This document shows, piece after piece, positions 47,317 through 60,180 of a stretch of 64,000 nt of DNA. Location: contig NC_068989.1 in the NCBI RefSeq assembly GCF_001194135.2, positions 29,296,102 to 29,360,101 of the forward strand. Reading direction: 5' to 3'. The first letter of the stretch is position 1. Every line of letters starts with the position of its first letter. Origin of the DNA: Octopus bimaculoides. Taxonomy: Eukaryota. The position numbers and the translations under genes were made by a program. Below the pieces are notes generated by a model. The model saw only the letters and a program-made list of their open reading frames with translations, made no database searches and was not told where the DNA came from.

Positions 47317-47586
47317 AAGGCAGCAAGCTGGCAGAATCGTTAGCATGCTGGGTGAAATACTTAGCAGCGTTTTGTCCATCTTACATTCAGAATTCAAATT
47401 CTGCTGAGGTTAACTTTGCCTTTCATCCTTTCAGGGTTGATAAAATAAGTACCAGTTGAGCACTGGGGGNNNNNNNNNNNNNNNNNNNNNNNNNNNNNNN
47501 NNNNNNNNGGGGGGGGGGGATTAGGAGTCATTGTTATCGACCTAGCTCCTCCCCAAAATTTCAGGCCTTGTGCCTTTAGAAAGGAT
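47317..47586 (+). mobile_element. SINE family A spanning an N gap
   Basis: aaggcagcaagctggcagaatcgttagcatgctgggtg..gaattcaaattctgctgagg..; ATT repeats on both sides. Confidence 0.9.
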
Positions 47587-47909
47587 TATTATTATTATTT
47601 TGCAATAATATGGCTCAATAGTACATGAAAGAAATCAGTATATGGTGAGCATTTTATTTGTCGTTATATATTCTTTTGTATATTGTCATGAAAAAACAGA
47701 CACATTCTTGCAAAACTTTTTATAACCCCCCCTCCATCATTTTGTAGTAAATAACCTTATAAAACAAAATCATTGAATTAGTTCAATAGTGGGTTGCTAA
47801 CTTCCTCTCATGCACATTTGGTGGTAATCATATAATACATTTATTATATACTGTCTCACTCATCCGTCATGTCACTTTGTTGGAAAATAATAGAAATCAT
47901 TATTATTAT

Positions 47910-48112
47910 TAAGGTGGCAAACTGGAGGAATTGTTAGCATGCTGATAAAATACTTAGTGGTATTTCACTTATCTTTACATTCTGCCAAGGTCAACATTGC
48001 CTTTCATCTTTTTAGGTTTGATGAAGCAAGTACCAGTTAAGCACTAGGGTTGATGTAATTGACTTGCCTCCCCACAAAAAATTTCAGGCCTTGTGCCTAT
48101 TGTAGAAAGGAT
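47910..48112 (+). mobile_element. SINE family A
   Basis: aaggtggcaaactggaggaattgttagc..tgtagaaaggattattatt. Confidence 0.87.
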
Positions 48113-48644
48113 TATTATTGTTATTGTCCTATATATGAAGAAAAATTTTACTTTTTACTAGTTACTATCACTGAAACACTAACAAACAAAGAATAATTTT
48201 TTCTTTAAAGCCTGAGATATTAAAGGAACCTATTACAGAAAAAGAAACTTATTTATTGCTTTATTATTGATTAAAATTAAAAGTTGCCTTTGGCTGTATT
48301 TCCAACATACAATGGTTTGCCAATAAATAGCTTGTAATATGAAATTGTCTGGTTAAACAAATTGCTAGTTCAGCCAGCTTTATTTGATGTGTATTTTGTA
48401 TATTTCATTGATATATTTAATTGACCGTTGCATAGTTAAAGACAACTATTGTATGTTTGTTATTGTCCATTCGAACACAAATGAATACATTTACATTATA
48501 ATTGATACATTTACATTATAATGCTGTGAAGATATTATGACTTATTTGGTCATTTTATGGACTGATTATGAAATAATTTTTCCAACAAACCCAAACTCAG
48601 CCTTTTATTTCTATGATACATTCTAGTGTCACTAATACTACTGA

Positions 48645-48860
48645 TATCATCATCATCATCAACAACATTTGGCTTCCATTTTCCATGCTGGCATGGGTTG
48701 GAGAGCTTGACAGGAGTTGGCAAAGCCGGGGAGTGGGGGTTGTGCACTAAGTTCCATAGTCTTTTGGCTTGGTTTCTACAGCTGGATGCCCTTCCTAATG
48801 CCAACCACTTTACAGAATGTACTGGGTGTTTTTTATGTGCCACCAGCACCCACACAAATG
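48645..48860 (-). mobile_element. RTE 3'UTR-only copy
   Basis: (ATC)n, then ttccatgctggcatggg..cagctggatgcccttcctaatgccaacc. Confidence 0.85.
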
Positions 48861-49329
48861 CTTTGGCACTTTGGTTTTAGGATATCAATTCTGTTGTAGT
48901 GGGTGGGTTGTCATGGTTGACCATGTGTCTTCATATGTATGCATAAGCTTGGACAAGATGTTTTTGAGGAAAACTAGTAGTTGCCCATGTATGAAAATCT
49001 CCTCTCACCATATCACTGGCCAACTTTGGATGATACAGTTTGGCATCAGTGTTATTGCAGGCATTGCTGTCAGAACACAAAAAGCCTGAACAGATGCTTC
49101 AATGCTTCTTGCTTGACCCTGTAACAGTTTACTGCCTAGGATTGGTACCTTTTTCTTATTTACTCTGAAAGGATGATGATTAAAGGCAATCCATACTTCA
49201 TGGACCTTAGCAGTCAACAGAAATGACTCCACTTACAGTCTCTTCCCTAAATGCAAGTGGGTGGACTTCAGGTTAGCCTGGAAATCCTCAAGCTACAAAA
49301 ACAGTTCAAAATGTCACAGTAGTCAGGGT

Positions 49330-51454
49330 AACAGTTATCTTCTGCTGGAAGCTAATGTCCTGAAGACCAGAGTCTTATCTGTGAAATCAGTTATGTACTT
49401 TGGTTACTGGAATGTAAGATCACAGTACTACACTTTCAAGTTATCCCAAGTAATCAAACAAATGGAGGCTTAGAAGATCATAATTCTTGTCCTCAGTAAT
49501 TTCTATTGGACTGATTCAGGCAAGTTCACCTCAGAGAATAAGACCATTCTGCTGTCAGGTCATCAAGATAGAATCCATTAAGATGGAGTAGCCTTTGTCT
49601 TTGACAAACTTGCCAGCGAAGTCCTGAGGAATGGCTGCTTATCAGCAAGTATCTTATTATGGCAAAATTCATAACTATCCATGCAAAGTCAGCCTCATTC
49701 CATGCTATGCACCAAATAATGAACACAATGACACTGACATATATGCATTCTTCAGGATGTTGTCGACAGAATCTCTTATCGTGATATAATCTTTGTCATG
49801 GAAGATCTGAACTCCCAGATGAAAGAGATCTGGATTCAAGTACACTGAGTCCACACGTTTGTGCCAGTCATACAGGCAGTGAGAATAGACTTATCTAGTT
49901 CTGCTCCTTGAACATAATGATTGGCTCATCCCTCTATGACCATTGAGACATTTATGAAATCCTACAGATCTCAAATTACCACAAAACCCAAATATAGATC
50001 AATCATATAGTGATTGGTTCAAGATATAGAACACCATGTATTCACGGTGTGAGAGTGTATTGTTTGGCTGATGTTTGCACTGATCACCACATGTCCATTG
50101 CCAAAATCAAGATCAAGCCCAAAAAGCAAAATAAGAAATTGTCCATGACAAAGAGGTTTGACAGCAGCAGATTGAAGGATCCAACAGCCACTCAGTCAAA
50201 GTTTGAAACTTTCCAAAGCTGATTCTCTGCCTTGGTAGATTTGCACCAAGAACATCAAAATGGTGGGATAAGGTGAAAGAAGCTGTGTCTGCAGCAGGTG
50301 AAGTTATCCTCTGATACTAAAGCCTGGATCAATGATCATACTTGGAGCCTGATCACAGAGAGCAAACACCTGTACCAAATGTGACATAACTCTACTGTAG
50401 ACAGCAATGGTATCCTCCAGAAGTACATTGCAAAGGACAAGGAGGTGAAATGCAGTGCCCAGAAGGATAAATGTGCTTGGATGGAAAGTCAAGCAGAAGA
50501 AGTTGCAGCATGAAACGATATGCTTATTGTTTACCATATTGCCAAAAATATCACTAGCAATAAAAACAGCTCAGAACCAGTTAAGGCGAGAAAGGAGACA
50601 CTGCTGTGCAAAGGAGAAGACAGACTTGTCAGGTGGGTGGAGTACTTCAAGGAAATCTTCAACTAATCCAAACCTGCTTCACCAACACAGATAGACAAGC
50701 CAACTCACCTCTTCCTCATTGACACTGATGATTTCACAAAAGTCCAGAAAGCCATCAAGGGCTTAAAGAACAACACGTTACCTTTTGTGGACTTCCAAAA
50801 TGTTGAAGATCCTTCAAGCATTTGGCATTCTAGAAGAACTAGTTTTTGCTATTGCAAAGACCTATGAGACGATCAGAGCTTGTGTGTTGTCATCTGATGG
50901 AAAAACTGAATTCTTTCAAATACTAGCTGATGTGCTACAAGGAAATATGCACCTTAGCTGTTTGGATTATGTAATGTGATAGGTTATAGACAATGATGTC
51001 GAAGACCTTTGTTTCACCACTGACCAGCAAAGATTGTGGAGAGTACCAACAGTAGCCATTACAGACCTGAATTCACAGATAATATAGTATTCATATCTGA
51101 TGAAATATATCAAGCACAATAGCAGCTCAGCAGAGTAGAAACATCAGCTGCCAAAATTTGACTGTACACAAATGTCAAGAAAACCGAATACATGTTTCAA
51201 CCAATCAAGTGATGCTGGACTGTTTGCGTAGTTTCAAATTGAATGTTGTTGAAAACTTTCAAGTACTTAGGTGGTTGGTGGAGCAGTTCAGAAGTAGACA
51301 TCAAGATCAGGAAGGTACAAGCATGGACAGCTTGTCAGAAACTAAAGAAGGTCTGAAACACCAAATTGCCCAGGTGAATCAAAATCAAGCTATTCATTGC
51401 AACTGTCAAATCTGTGCTATTATATGGCAGTGAAACATGGACATTAACAAAGAT
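49330..51454 (+). mobile_element. Old RTE-clade LINE, heavily decayed, cut by a hAT element
   Basis: GYWNVRS..DGVAFVFDK..DHHMSIAKIKIK..FDSSRLKDP; LADVLQGN; ends at YGSETWTLTK immediately before the hAT terminus. Confidence 0.8.
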
Positions 51455-52402
51455 CAGGGGTTCCCAACCTTTTTTCACTGTAGACCACCAAAATAAGTAA
51501 TTTTTTCCTGTTGACCACCTCAAATTTTAAATTTATTATTAAAGAACTGTTACTCATAAATATTAGTATCATTTTCACTTTGCAATGAAAGTTCCTTTTT
51601 CGTTCTTGTAAGGGACATCACAGAGAACAAATAACTGAGAACACCAATAGCAAAACCAATTTGCAAATGCACATGATTCTCAAGAAAGCTTTATTTGATA
51701 GAATCAAATTGAAAAGGTTACTGAGTCATGGAAAACACCCACTTTTATTCAGTAAAAAAGCTGTACAGTTAAAATATAACAATGTGAAGGGTAAATTTAA
51801 AAAATGTGAGGAGTGAAGTTGGGATCAGTACAAAAGGTCGTGTAAATGTTTTGAGGGAATATAACATTGAATTAACTTAAAAATGTCAGCAACAAGTCGT
51901 TGGGGAAAATGTCAAGAAACCTTCAGTAAAATCCTTGGGCTTGCTTTTTGTCCACAAGCTGAGAAATCCTTGGCTCTTTTTGGCTCAAGTGAATTCTCAA
52001 ATCAGCATTGTTATCAGGGTTCAAATGCTTCCACTGCTTCATGAATGAGTGGAGGACAAGGGAAAATCCCTTTTCAGCCAAGTAGGATGTCGGGAGATTT
52101 ATAATAAAAGGCTTGACCTGTTCAAACAACTTTGGATATTCATGAGAATGATTCAACCAAGCCTCAACCCAGTTGTTTTCAGACGATTTGTGCAGATTAT
52201 CATCTACCGTTGCCTCACATAGCTCCATCTGAACGCATTCTGGTTGAACAAGTATATCATTCATAGACATTGTGTGAAGAAAGACAACAAAAGTTGGGAT
52301 ATTTAAAGCCAAAAGATATTCAAAGCGAATATTGAAGTTTTCGTGAAGGAAAGATAGATGCCCAATTATATATTTGTGCAAGTTGTTATCTACCACATCC
52401 AA
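51455..52402 (-). mobile_element. hAT (Buster/Charlie-like) transposon 3' remnant
   Basis: Terminus CAGGGGTTCCCAACC at 51455. ORF 51923-52402 ends ..YPKLFEQVKPFIINLPTSYLAEKGFS..DLRIHLSQKEPRISQLVDKKQAQ. The other terminus was not found. Confidence 0.85.
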
Positions 52403-54151
52403 TTAGCTTAGTAAAATCTGGACAGAGAAACAGGAAGATTTCTTAAAGTTAGTTATTCTATAGGAGAATAACAATATCATATAATGTGTATGTAATGAAG
52501 ATTGGGGGAGTCAGCGTTATGTATGGATGGCACCATAGAATTGGATGTACAAAGTTATTTGTCTCAACATTCAAGCCAAAATTGATAACATAAAAAAATT
52601 TCTATCAGAAATAGAACAGTCAGATCATTTTTTCATTTTAATTTCTTATTTTATGTTCAAATAGTTATAGAAAATGTAGGAAAATCTCAAAGGTTTTTAT
52701 TTGTAAAACTGAATATTAAAATGTATTTTCCTTTCTGAAATGGCTTTTCAACTTGAAAAGAAATATCAATAATAGCCTCTCACAAGTCATTATTTTATAT
52801 CAAGTTGGACAAGTTCCAATACTATTGATGTTTTTTGATGAAGCAGAAGACCAGTGGTAGAGAAAGAGAGAGAATACTTCTTTCTTTTCAGAGGGAGGTG
52901 ATGACCTGACTCATTTGAAATTGAATTCAAAACCGCAATATTTGAAGATGATGATGCAATATTAATTGATATAGCAGCTGATGCAATAAAGCATATCGGC
53001 TATTGGTATCTTTTCAAAAAGCACAAGGACAATGTTTCAGTTATTCAATCTGAAATATCTTCAGCACAACCTCATTTGAGGGTGACTATCTCTGCTTTGA
53101 GAGTTAGATACACACCAAATAACAGTAAAATTTGATGTCCCACTAGACTAAATAAAATTCTATTCAAATCAAAACATCTAAGCTGTTATTTCATTATAAA
53201 GAGAATATATAAATTGGATTCTACATATAGATATTCCACTGATGTTGTCTTTAACGTACAGAAAGCACATGATTAAAAAATGTCAAAATAGTCTATTTGA
53301 CACTATTAGAAAGTTTTTGTTATTCAAATAACCCATTCACATTGTGTTATCTTTTTCTTTTGTTCTAATGTTGAGTGTGTTTTTTAGTGTCCCCTTTTGT
53401 AAGCATATTTCTAATAAAATACACAACCCTAACATTTAAATTAATTTTGAAAATAATCAAGAACTTGGAGTGATTTTGCAAGCTGCCTACACTTCCAATC
53501 GCAGATGTCTAACATGGAGGTTGTCAATAACATATGTAGAAAGAACAAATATTGATTCAAGATCTAACTGAATTGTACGAATCTATGCTTTCAGTCTACT
53601 ATGTTGTTTTATGCTTATGTTTACCTTATGGTTGTCAGTGTGTGGCTTAGCCAGTAGACATGTTTTGAGCAAGAATCAACAGAGGCATCTTTTAAGCAAG
53701 GGAATATACTGAATGCTGTATGCAAGTAACTCTTAATTGAAATTTCCCTTTTGACTGGAGAAAGAAAGCAGAAATGTATTGGCAGTTGTTAACAGCTCTC
53801 AAAAAAAAGAGGGTAGTGTCATGTATTGAGCTCTTAACAAATATATAACAAATGTTGTACATTTGTTTAAATAATTAAAAACTGCCTGTCACATGGCATG
53901 CATGAGTTTGGTGAACTTGTCTTTTTTTATCTATATATTGCAATTAAAATAAATGGGGACACATAATTGATTCCATTCCTACAGGATCATGGTTGGTGGT
54001 GTTACTCCTTCTCATACATTCTGCTGTTGGTTGTGCTTCTGCTATGGCAAGATAGAAATTCGCAGTTCACTGCTATTTGATCCTTGTTCCTATACTTGTG
54101 CTTACGAAATAAGCAAATTGCAAAATTTGACAGGTAGATAATTTCAATATA

Positions 54152-54590
54152 TTCTTTTACTTGTTTCCGTCATTTGACTGTGGCCGTGCTGGAGCACCGC
54201 CTTAAAGGATTTTAGTTGAAGAAATTGATCCCAGGACTTATTCTTTGTAAGCCTGGTAATTATTCTATTGGTCTTTTTTTGCCAAACTGCTAAGTTACAG
54301 GAGGATATAAACACACCAACGTCAGTTGTGAAGCGATGATGGTGGGGAGACAAACACAGATCAAAGACACACACACATAAATATCTACATACATACATAC
54401 ATATATTTATATATCTATAAATATATATATATGATAGGCTTCTTTCAGTTTCTGTTTACCAAATCCACCCACGAGGCTTTGGTCAGTCTAAGGCTATAGT
54501 AGAAGACACTTGCCCAAGGTGCCACATAGTGGGACTGAACCCAGAACCATGTGGTTGGTAAGCAAGCTTCTTACCATGCAGTCCTGCCTA
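54152..54590 (-). mobile_element. tRNA-type SINE family B
   Basis: Reverse complement of the 59729-60180 element along its full length. Confidence 0.92.
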
Positions 54591-55373
54591 TTAATTTACA
54601 TATATAAAGGAAAAGAGATGGATTTTTGTTTGCAGACAATAGACAACTATGGAAGTGTTTCAGTCTGTTTGTAAAACCACATCAGCATAGTACAGTAATC
54701 TCAAACTGGCTTGGTCAGATGATAAAGTTTTTACATATATAGAAAAAGTGTTACAAATAAAATTATAAACAATTTGGGTGTCATGTTTAGATCTAATTCT
54801 GATCCACTCATAGCTGTCTATATCTGTCATACTATTAAGTATGTACAGTTTGTGATGATTAGTTGCAAAATGTCTGAATTAGATCCAGTTTACTGCAGAG
54901 TATTTATTGTATTTTTAAACAAGGACTTTATTCTGGTTATTTTAGTTCACTTGCTATCCAGAACAGGCATTAGGGTTAGGAAAAGCTCATTAGAACTGAT
55001 CAATTATTAAGTGATACCTCACTTGCCTTAAGAAAAGGTAACATTGCTTATTAAATTTTTACATAAATATTTATTCTTTTGCACACTAGTTGTGTTTAGT
55101 AAGGTTATTAACATTTTTATTTTGTTATCTCAATAATTAGATAATTACTAAATGATTTTGCAGCATTAAATCATGTTAACAACAAGGTTTAGTCGTAGAT
55201 ATACTCCTGTATAAAGGTATGTATTATAAATTTGCTAGTTTCATTAAGAACCTCTAAGCAAGCTTCAGGCTGAAGTGTTACATACCTATGTTGTTTGAAA
55301 AACTAATTGATAAACAACATATATTTCATAGTCAAACAACATACTACATATATATCTATACGTGTGTGTGTGC

Positions 55374-55426
<53 letters not shown>

Positions 55427-55939
55427 NNNNNNNNNNNNNNNNNNNNNNNNNNNNNNNNNNNNNNNNNNNNNNNNNNNNNNNNNNNNNNNNNNNNNNNNNN
55501 NNNNNNNNNNNNNNNNNNNNNNNNNNNNNNNNNNNNNNNNNNNNNNNNNNNNNNNNNNNNNNNNNNNNNNNNNNNNNNNNNNNNNNNNNNNNNNNNNNNN
55601 NNNNNNNNNNNNNNNNNNNNNNNNNNNNNNNNNNNNNNNNNNNNNNNNNNNNNNNNNNNNNNNNNNNNNNNNNNNNNNNNNNNNNNNNNNNNNNNNNNNN
55701 NNNNNNNNNNNNNNNNNNNNNNNNNNNNNNNNNNNNNNNNNNNNNNNNNNNNNNNNNNNNNNNNNNNNNNNNNNNNNNNNNNNNNNNNNNNNNNNNNNNN
55801 NNNNNNNNNNNNNNNNNNNNNNNNNNNNNNNNNNNNNNNNNNNNNNNNNNNNNNNNNNNNNNNNNNNNNNNNNNNNNNNNNNNNNNNNNNNNNNNNNNNN
55901 NNNNNNNNNNNNNNNNNNNNNNNNNNNNNNNNNNNNNNN
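55427..55939. other. Assembly gap; other gaps at 3012-3111, 42888-42897, 46141-46240, 47470-47508
   Basis: Runs of N, several bordered by (TA)n. Confidence 0.99.
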
Positions 55940-55966
55940 TATATATATATATATATTTATATTATA

Positions 55967-56705
55967 TAAAGTTGTCTGGAAAGTTCTGAGCATTTTTTAA
56001 TATACAAAAAGGGATGTAAGTAATTGACCTTTCAATAAATTTTAGTCAATGAAATAATTTCTATTATTATTAATGACCTTTGCTCATCTATCAGGTAATT
56101 TAAATCTCCATCAGCATAAAATTTGACAAGTTTTGAAGAAAAAAGTTATCTAAATACATTTTGACTCCATCTAAATCGTTAAATGTTTTTCCTTGCGATG
56201 AGTTCTGTAGAGACAAAAACAAGTGGTAGTCACTAAGTGTTCATGAGCCGTACTTTTAGAAACTTCCAACTCCTCTGCAAGTTCTCTAGTTGTGATATTT
56301 AAGTTTTCTTTGATTTTTGCCTTCAAAACATCTTCATCCAGTTTTGAAGGTCTTCTACTGTGACTGTCATCTTCCAAGCTAAACTATGCAGCTTTAAATT
56401 TCGCAAACCACCTTTGAACAGTTGATTCACCTAAGCATCATCACCATAAGCTTCACAAATGCATTTTCTCCTTTTTTAAAAAAGCAAAGCATTATAACGC
56501 AAATATGAAATTTTTGGTTATCCATTTCAAATGTCAATAAAGAATAACCAGAATGAAAGATAAATCTATTTTTAGTCAGGAACGAAGAAGAGATGCACTA
56601 CCACTTAAAGCAACACCAAAGTTTTAACTGTTACATTTTAAATGTGTTCAATGAAGCTTTAAAAGATTTACCTTAAAAACGTTCATAACTTTCCAGAGAA
56701 CCTAA
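55967..56705 (-). mobile_element. mariner element, internally deleted, both TIRs present
   Basis: ~31-bp TIRs taaagttgtctggaaagttctgagcattttt / aaaaacgttcataactttccagagaacctaa. MDNQKFHI..CEAYGDDA..STVQRWFAKFK..LEDDSHSRRPSKLDEDVLK..TTRELAEELEVSKSTAHEHL is fused to the C-terminal ..GKTFNDLDGVKMYLDNFF. Confidence 0.92.
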
Positions 56706-57441
56706 CATATATCTATAAATAATTATTTAAGTGAGGAAAAGAGAAGTCAAATGAATGTTATGAACATTTCCATAAATGAATATTGTTTATTCCATACCTT
56801 ATTTAAAGTTATGCAATATATGCAAAACCATCATGTTCATTCACTTCCTAAGACATTCTGAGTTGAAACACAATCGATTTATGAAATGAATCTGCAAGCA
56901 GGTTACATCTATATAACTTCATGGGTATGTCAATAGCGTACAAATAAACCAAATGTATATATTCTATTATCAACAAACTGACTAGCAGACAAGCGAATAA
57001 TGGAAATAAATAAATGAAAAAATACCAATATGATAGAGAAAGATTTTGATATCTCTTCTTTTTATTTATTATTGAGATGTTTTCATTTTACTCCAGATTC
57101 TTTTGACGATAGCACATTCCAAAGATTTTCTTATACTTTTCTTTTTTAAATTCAATTGGCCATTTCTGTTAAAATGAACTGTTTTCTATCTTTCTTGTAG
57201 TTTCTTAGATGTATTTCACCAAACACCTTGACAATTTTCTCATTTTCTCATCACTAAATAACTGTTTTCAACATGTGAAGAATATTGTATTGCTGCTCAC
57301 AAACATTCACATATATACACATTCACATATATACACTTTCACACAGACTCAGGTATTATTCTTAGTTTCAACTTGGTGAAATATTGCCATCATATTCATT
57401 TATAAGTCAATGGAGATGAAATATCTTTTTCTATTGTACAG

Positions 57442-57603
57442 CACTCTTTTCAAGAAGGAGATGGAGCCCCACTATGGAACGGAGAGTTTTGCAGTCATAT
57501 CTTACACTTCCTCCCCATCGCCATTTAGAACCCAATCGATATGGAAATCTGGTGGCTACAGTTGTTCCTATCCAGCGGAATACGGCCACAAATTCATCAA
57601 CAG
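57442..57603 (+). CDS. Probable host-gene exon (162 nt), product unidentified
   Basis: Acceptor atatctttttctattgtacag, donor CAG|gtgaat, length 3n, and a GC/CpG-richer island in AT-rich flanks. Two frames are open; the favoured one is (x)LFSRRRWSPTMERRVLQSYLTLPPHRHLEPNRYGNLVATVVPIQRNTATNSST. Confidence 0.72.
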
Positions 57604-57955
57604 GTGAATTCCATAACCTCCATTCTACATGCACAAACATTTAAGCAGTCATGCTAGTTTCTTTTTCTATCTTGTGCTAAGTGTCTTTATTTTGTGTCTT
57701 ATTGTGTTTTTGTGGAATTCTGTTTATTTTAGGTGTTGTTTAACTCCTTACCATCCAAATGTCAATGCTTATCCTTTGAAAATTTAAGTTGCTTCATGAA
57801 TGTAAAGAAAATTTATTCAAATATTCCTTTTGTTTTTATATATACAAATATGCATACATACGCACATGCACATGTGTGTACATGTATTTCTTGTACATAT
57901 CCAAAGAGGAGATCATTTTGTGAATGTATATATATTTATATATATATATATATAT

Positions 57956-58033
<78 letters not shown>

Positions 58034-58099
58034 ATGTATGTATATACAAATATATATATATATATATACATATATACATATGTATGAAATCAAAATAGC

Positions 58100-58555
58100 T
58101 GATGTGGCCGATGATAGTACTGTGCCAGTGGAACGTTAAAAGCACAGCCGAGCATGATTGTTGTCAGCACCATGGATTGGCACCCCTGCTGGTGGCACGT
58201 AAAAAGCACCATTTGAATGTGTTTATTGCCAGCATCACATTAGTGGCACCTGAAAGGCAACATTTGAGTGTGGTCGTTACCAGTGCCGCTGGACTAGCTC
58301 CCATGCAGGAAGCACGTAAAAAAACACCTTTTGAGTGTGGTCGTTGTCAGAACCGCCTGACTGGCCCTCATGCTGGTGGCATGTAAAAGCACCCACTACA
58401 CTCTTGGAGTGGTTGGCATTAGGAAGGGCATCCAGCTGTAGAGACTTTGCCAGATCAAGTTGAGCCTGGTGTAGCCTTCTGGCTCACCAGTCCTCAATCA
58501 AACCGTCCAACCCATGCCAGCATGGAAAGTGAACGTTAAACGGTGATGATGATGA
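58100..58555 (+). mobile_element. RTE 3'UTR-only copy with a tandem ~65-bp repeat block
   Basis: About 5 units containing ggtggcacgtaaaaagcacc, then gagtggttggcattaggaagggcatccagctgtaga.., then a gatgatgat tail. Confidence 0.88.
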
Positions 58556-58633
58556 TATATGTATGTATACACATATATAGGTATGTATGTATATAAATGT
58601 AAATATATATATATGTATGTATATATACGTATG

Positions 58634-58692
<59 letters not shown>

Positions 58693-58814
58693 ATGTAGAT
58701 TCAAGGTGAATATGGTACTTAAGTTTAGGCACCAGAATTAAGTATGGTATTATCCATACAATTCCAAAATAAGGTATTAAAATCAAAATAAGCAACAACG
58801 AAATCCAAAGTTAA

Positions 58815-58902
58815 TGCAATACAATCGTTTCATGCGACTCCATTTATTTAAGCAATGTGAACATTACATCAAATGTCAAATGCAGAGCAATCCTCAACTG
58901 CA
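58815..58902 (-). ncRNA. Degenerate hammerhead-like motif, same family as 39314-39399
   Basis: The minus strand reads TGCAG TTGAGGA TTGC..(~50 nt)..GCAT GAAA C GATT GTA TTGCA; the core C3 is changed to U. Confidence 0.5.
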
Positions 58903-59728
58903 CAAAGATATAGAAAGTTACTGAAATTTCATTTCAACAGAAGGACATGTTTTTGTAACTACATTTAAACTCTCGAAGTGGAAAGGAAGAATACAAAACC
59001 ATCTTGACTTAGCCAGACCATACAGGCTAGTAATTAATTCCAAGCAGATTTTTAACTGTCACTGATTTTATTTGTTTTTTTGTTTCTGATTTATGGATCA
59101 TCTTATCAGACCTATTGATTCAAAGCTTAAGAAGGCACTAGCATTTTCTTTATAGGGAAAATGAAAGGGGTAAATAATATACATGGATGATATGTTTATA
59201 AAATTTCTTTGAGTTTAGTGACAAACTGCTATAGGTGGCGGGGGGGGGGGATTCTCTACTAGCAGACCAGTTTATAATGGAGCAAGGGAAGTTTTAACAT
59301 AAGGCACCTAGGTCAAAAGTATATAAAATAAAGTTTCTGAATTGTGTACAGATACAGTAAATGGTTATTCATAGTTTTCATTAATCAGAATAATGTATCA
59401 GTATTGTTTTACATATGCTAAGTTTGAAATACTTGAGATACCAATATTTGCTTAATTAATATGTGAATAAATAAAAGCTAATTATAAATTAATAATGAAA
59501 TAAAGTAAAAAATTTTAAAAAATAGTGTATAGTAATGTAACTAATCAATCAATGCAGTATGCAAAAACCGCGAAGTGGTATTAATTTTAAATGCTCTGGG
59601 TAAAGTACATTTAGACTTATTTACACCAATATAAGGAACCATAGATAAGATGTGAAATTAAATTTTTTTTATATATATTGAACTAAAATTAAAAAAAAAA
59701 ATTAAACTTATTAAACAAAATTAAACAT

Positions 59729-60180
59729 AGGTGCAGGAGTGGCTGTGTGGTAAGTAGCTCGTTTACCAACCACATGGTTCAGGGTTCAGTCCCACTGTAT
59801 GGCACTGTGGGCAAGTGTCTCCTACTATAGCCTTGGGCCAACCAAAGCCTTGTGAGTGGATTTGGTAGACGGAAACTGAAAGAAGCCTGTCATATATATG
59901 TATATGTATATATATATGTCTGTGTGTGTGTTTGTCATCATCATCATCATCATCATCATCAGATGATGATGATGATGTGTTTGTGTGTCTGTGTTTGTCC
60001 CCACAACATCGCTTGACAACCGATGCTGGTGTGTTTAGGTCCCCGTAACTTAGCGGTTCGGCAAAAGAGACCGATAGAATAAGTACTAGGCTTACAAAGA
60101 ATAAGTCTTGGGTCGATTTGCTCAACTAAAGGTGGTGCTCTAGCATGGCCGTAGTCAAATGACTGAAACAAGTAAAAGAG
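59729..60180 (+). mobile_element. tRNA-type SINE family B, full length
   Basis: GGTGCAGGAGTGGCTGTGTGGTAAG (A-box-like), GGGTTCAGTCCC (B-box-like), a central (TA/TG) tract, and a 3' end gactgaaacaagtaaaagag. Confidence 0.93.

Noticed and set aside
52878-53135. Strong acceptor (AG 52890-52891) near a 76-codon stop-free frame (PDSFEIEFKTAIFEDDDAILIDIAADAIKHIGYWY..)
   Set aside because: Splicing at the acceptor meets TGA in that frame, and there is no ATG, donor or recognisable domain. It may be a transposon relic; a BLASTX would settle it.
55286-56000. Long ORFs over N gaps and (TA)n (also 45855-46452, 57733-58145, 10377-10698)
   Set aside because: Artefacts of Ns and YI-repeat translation of microsatellites.
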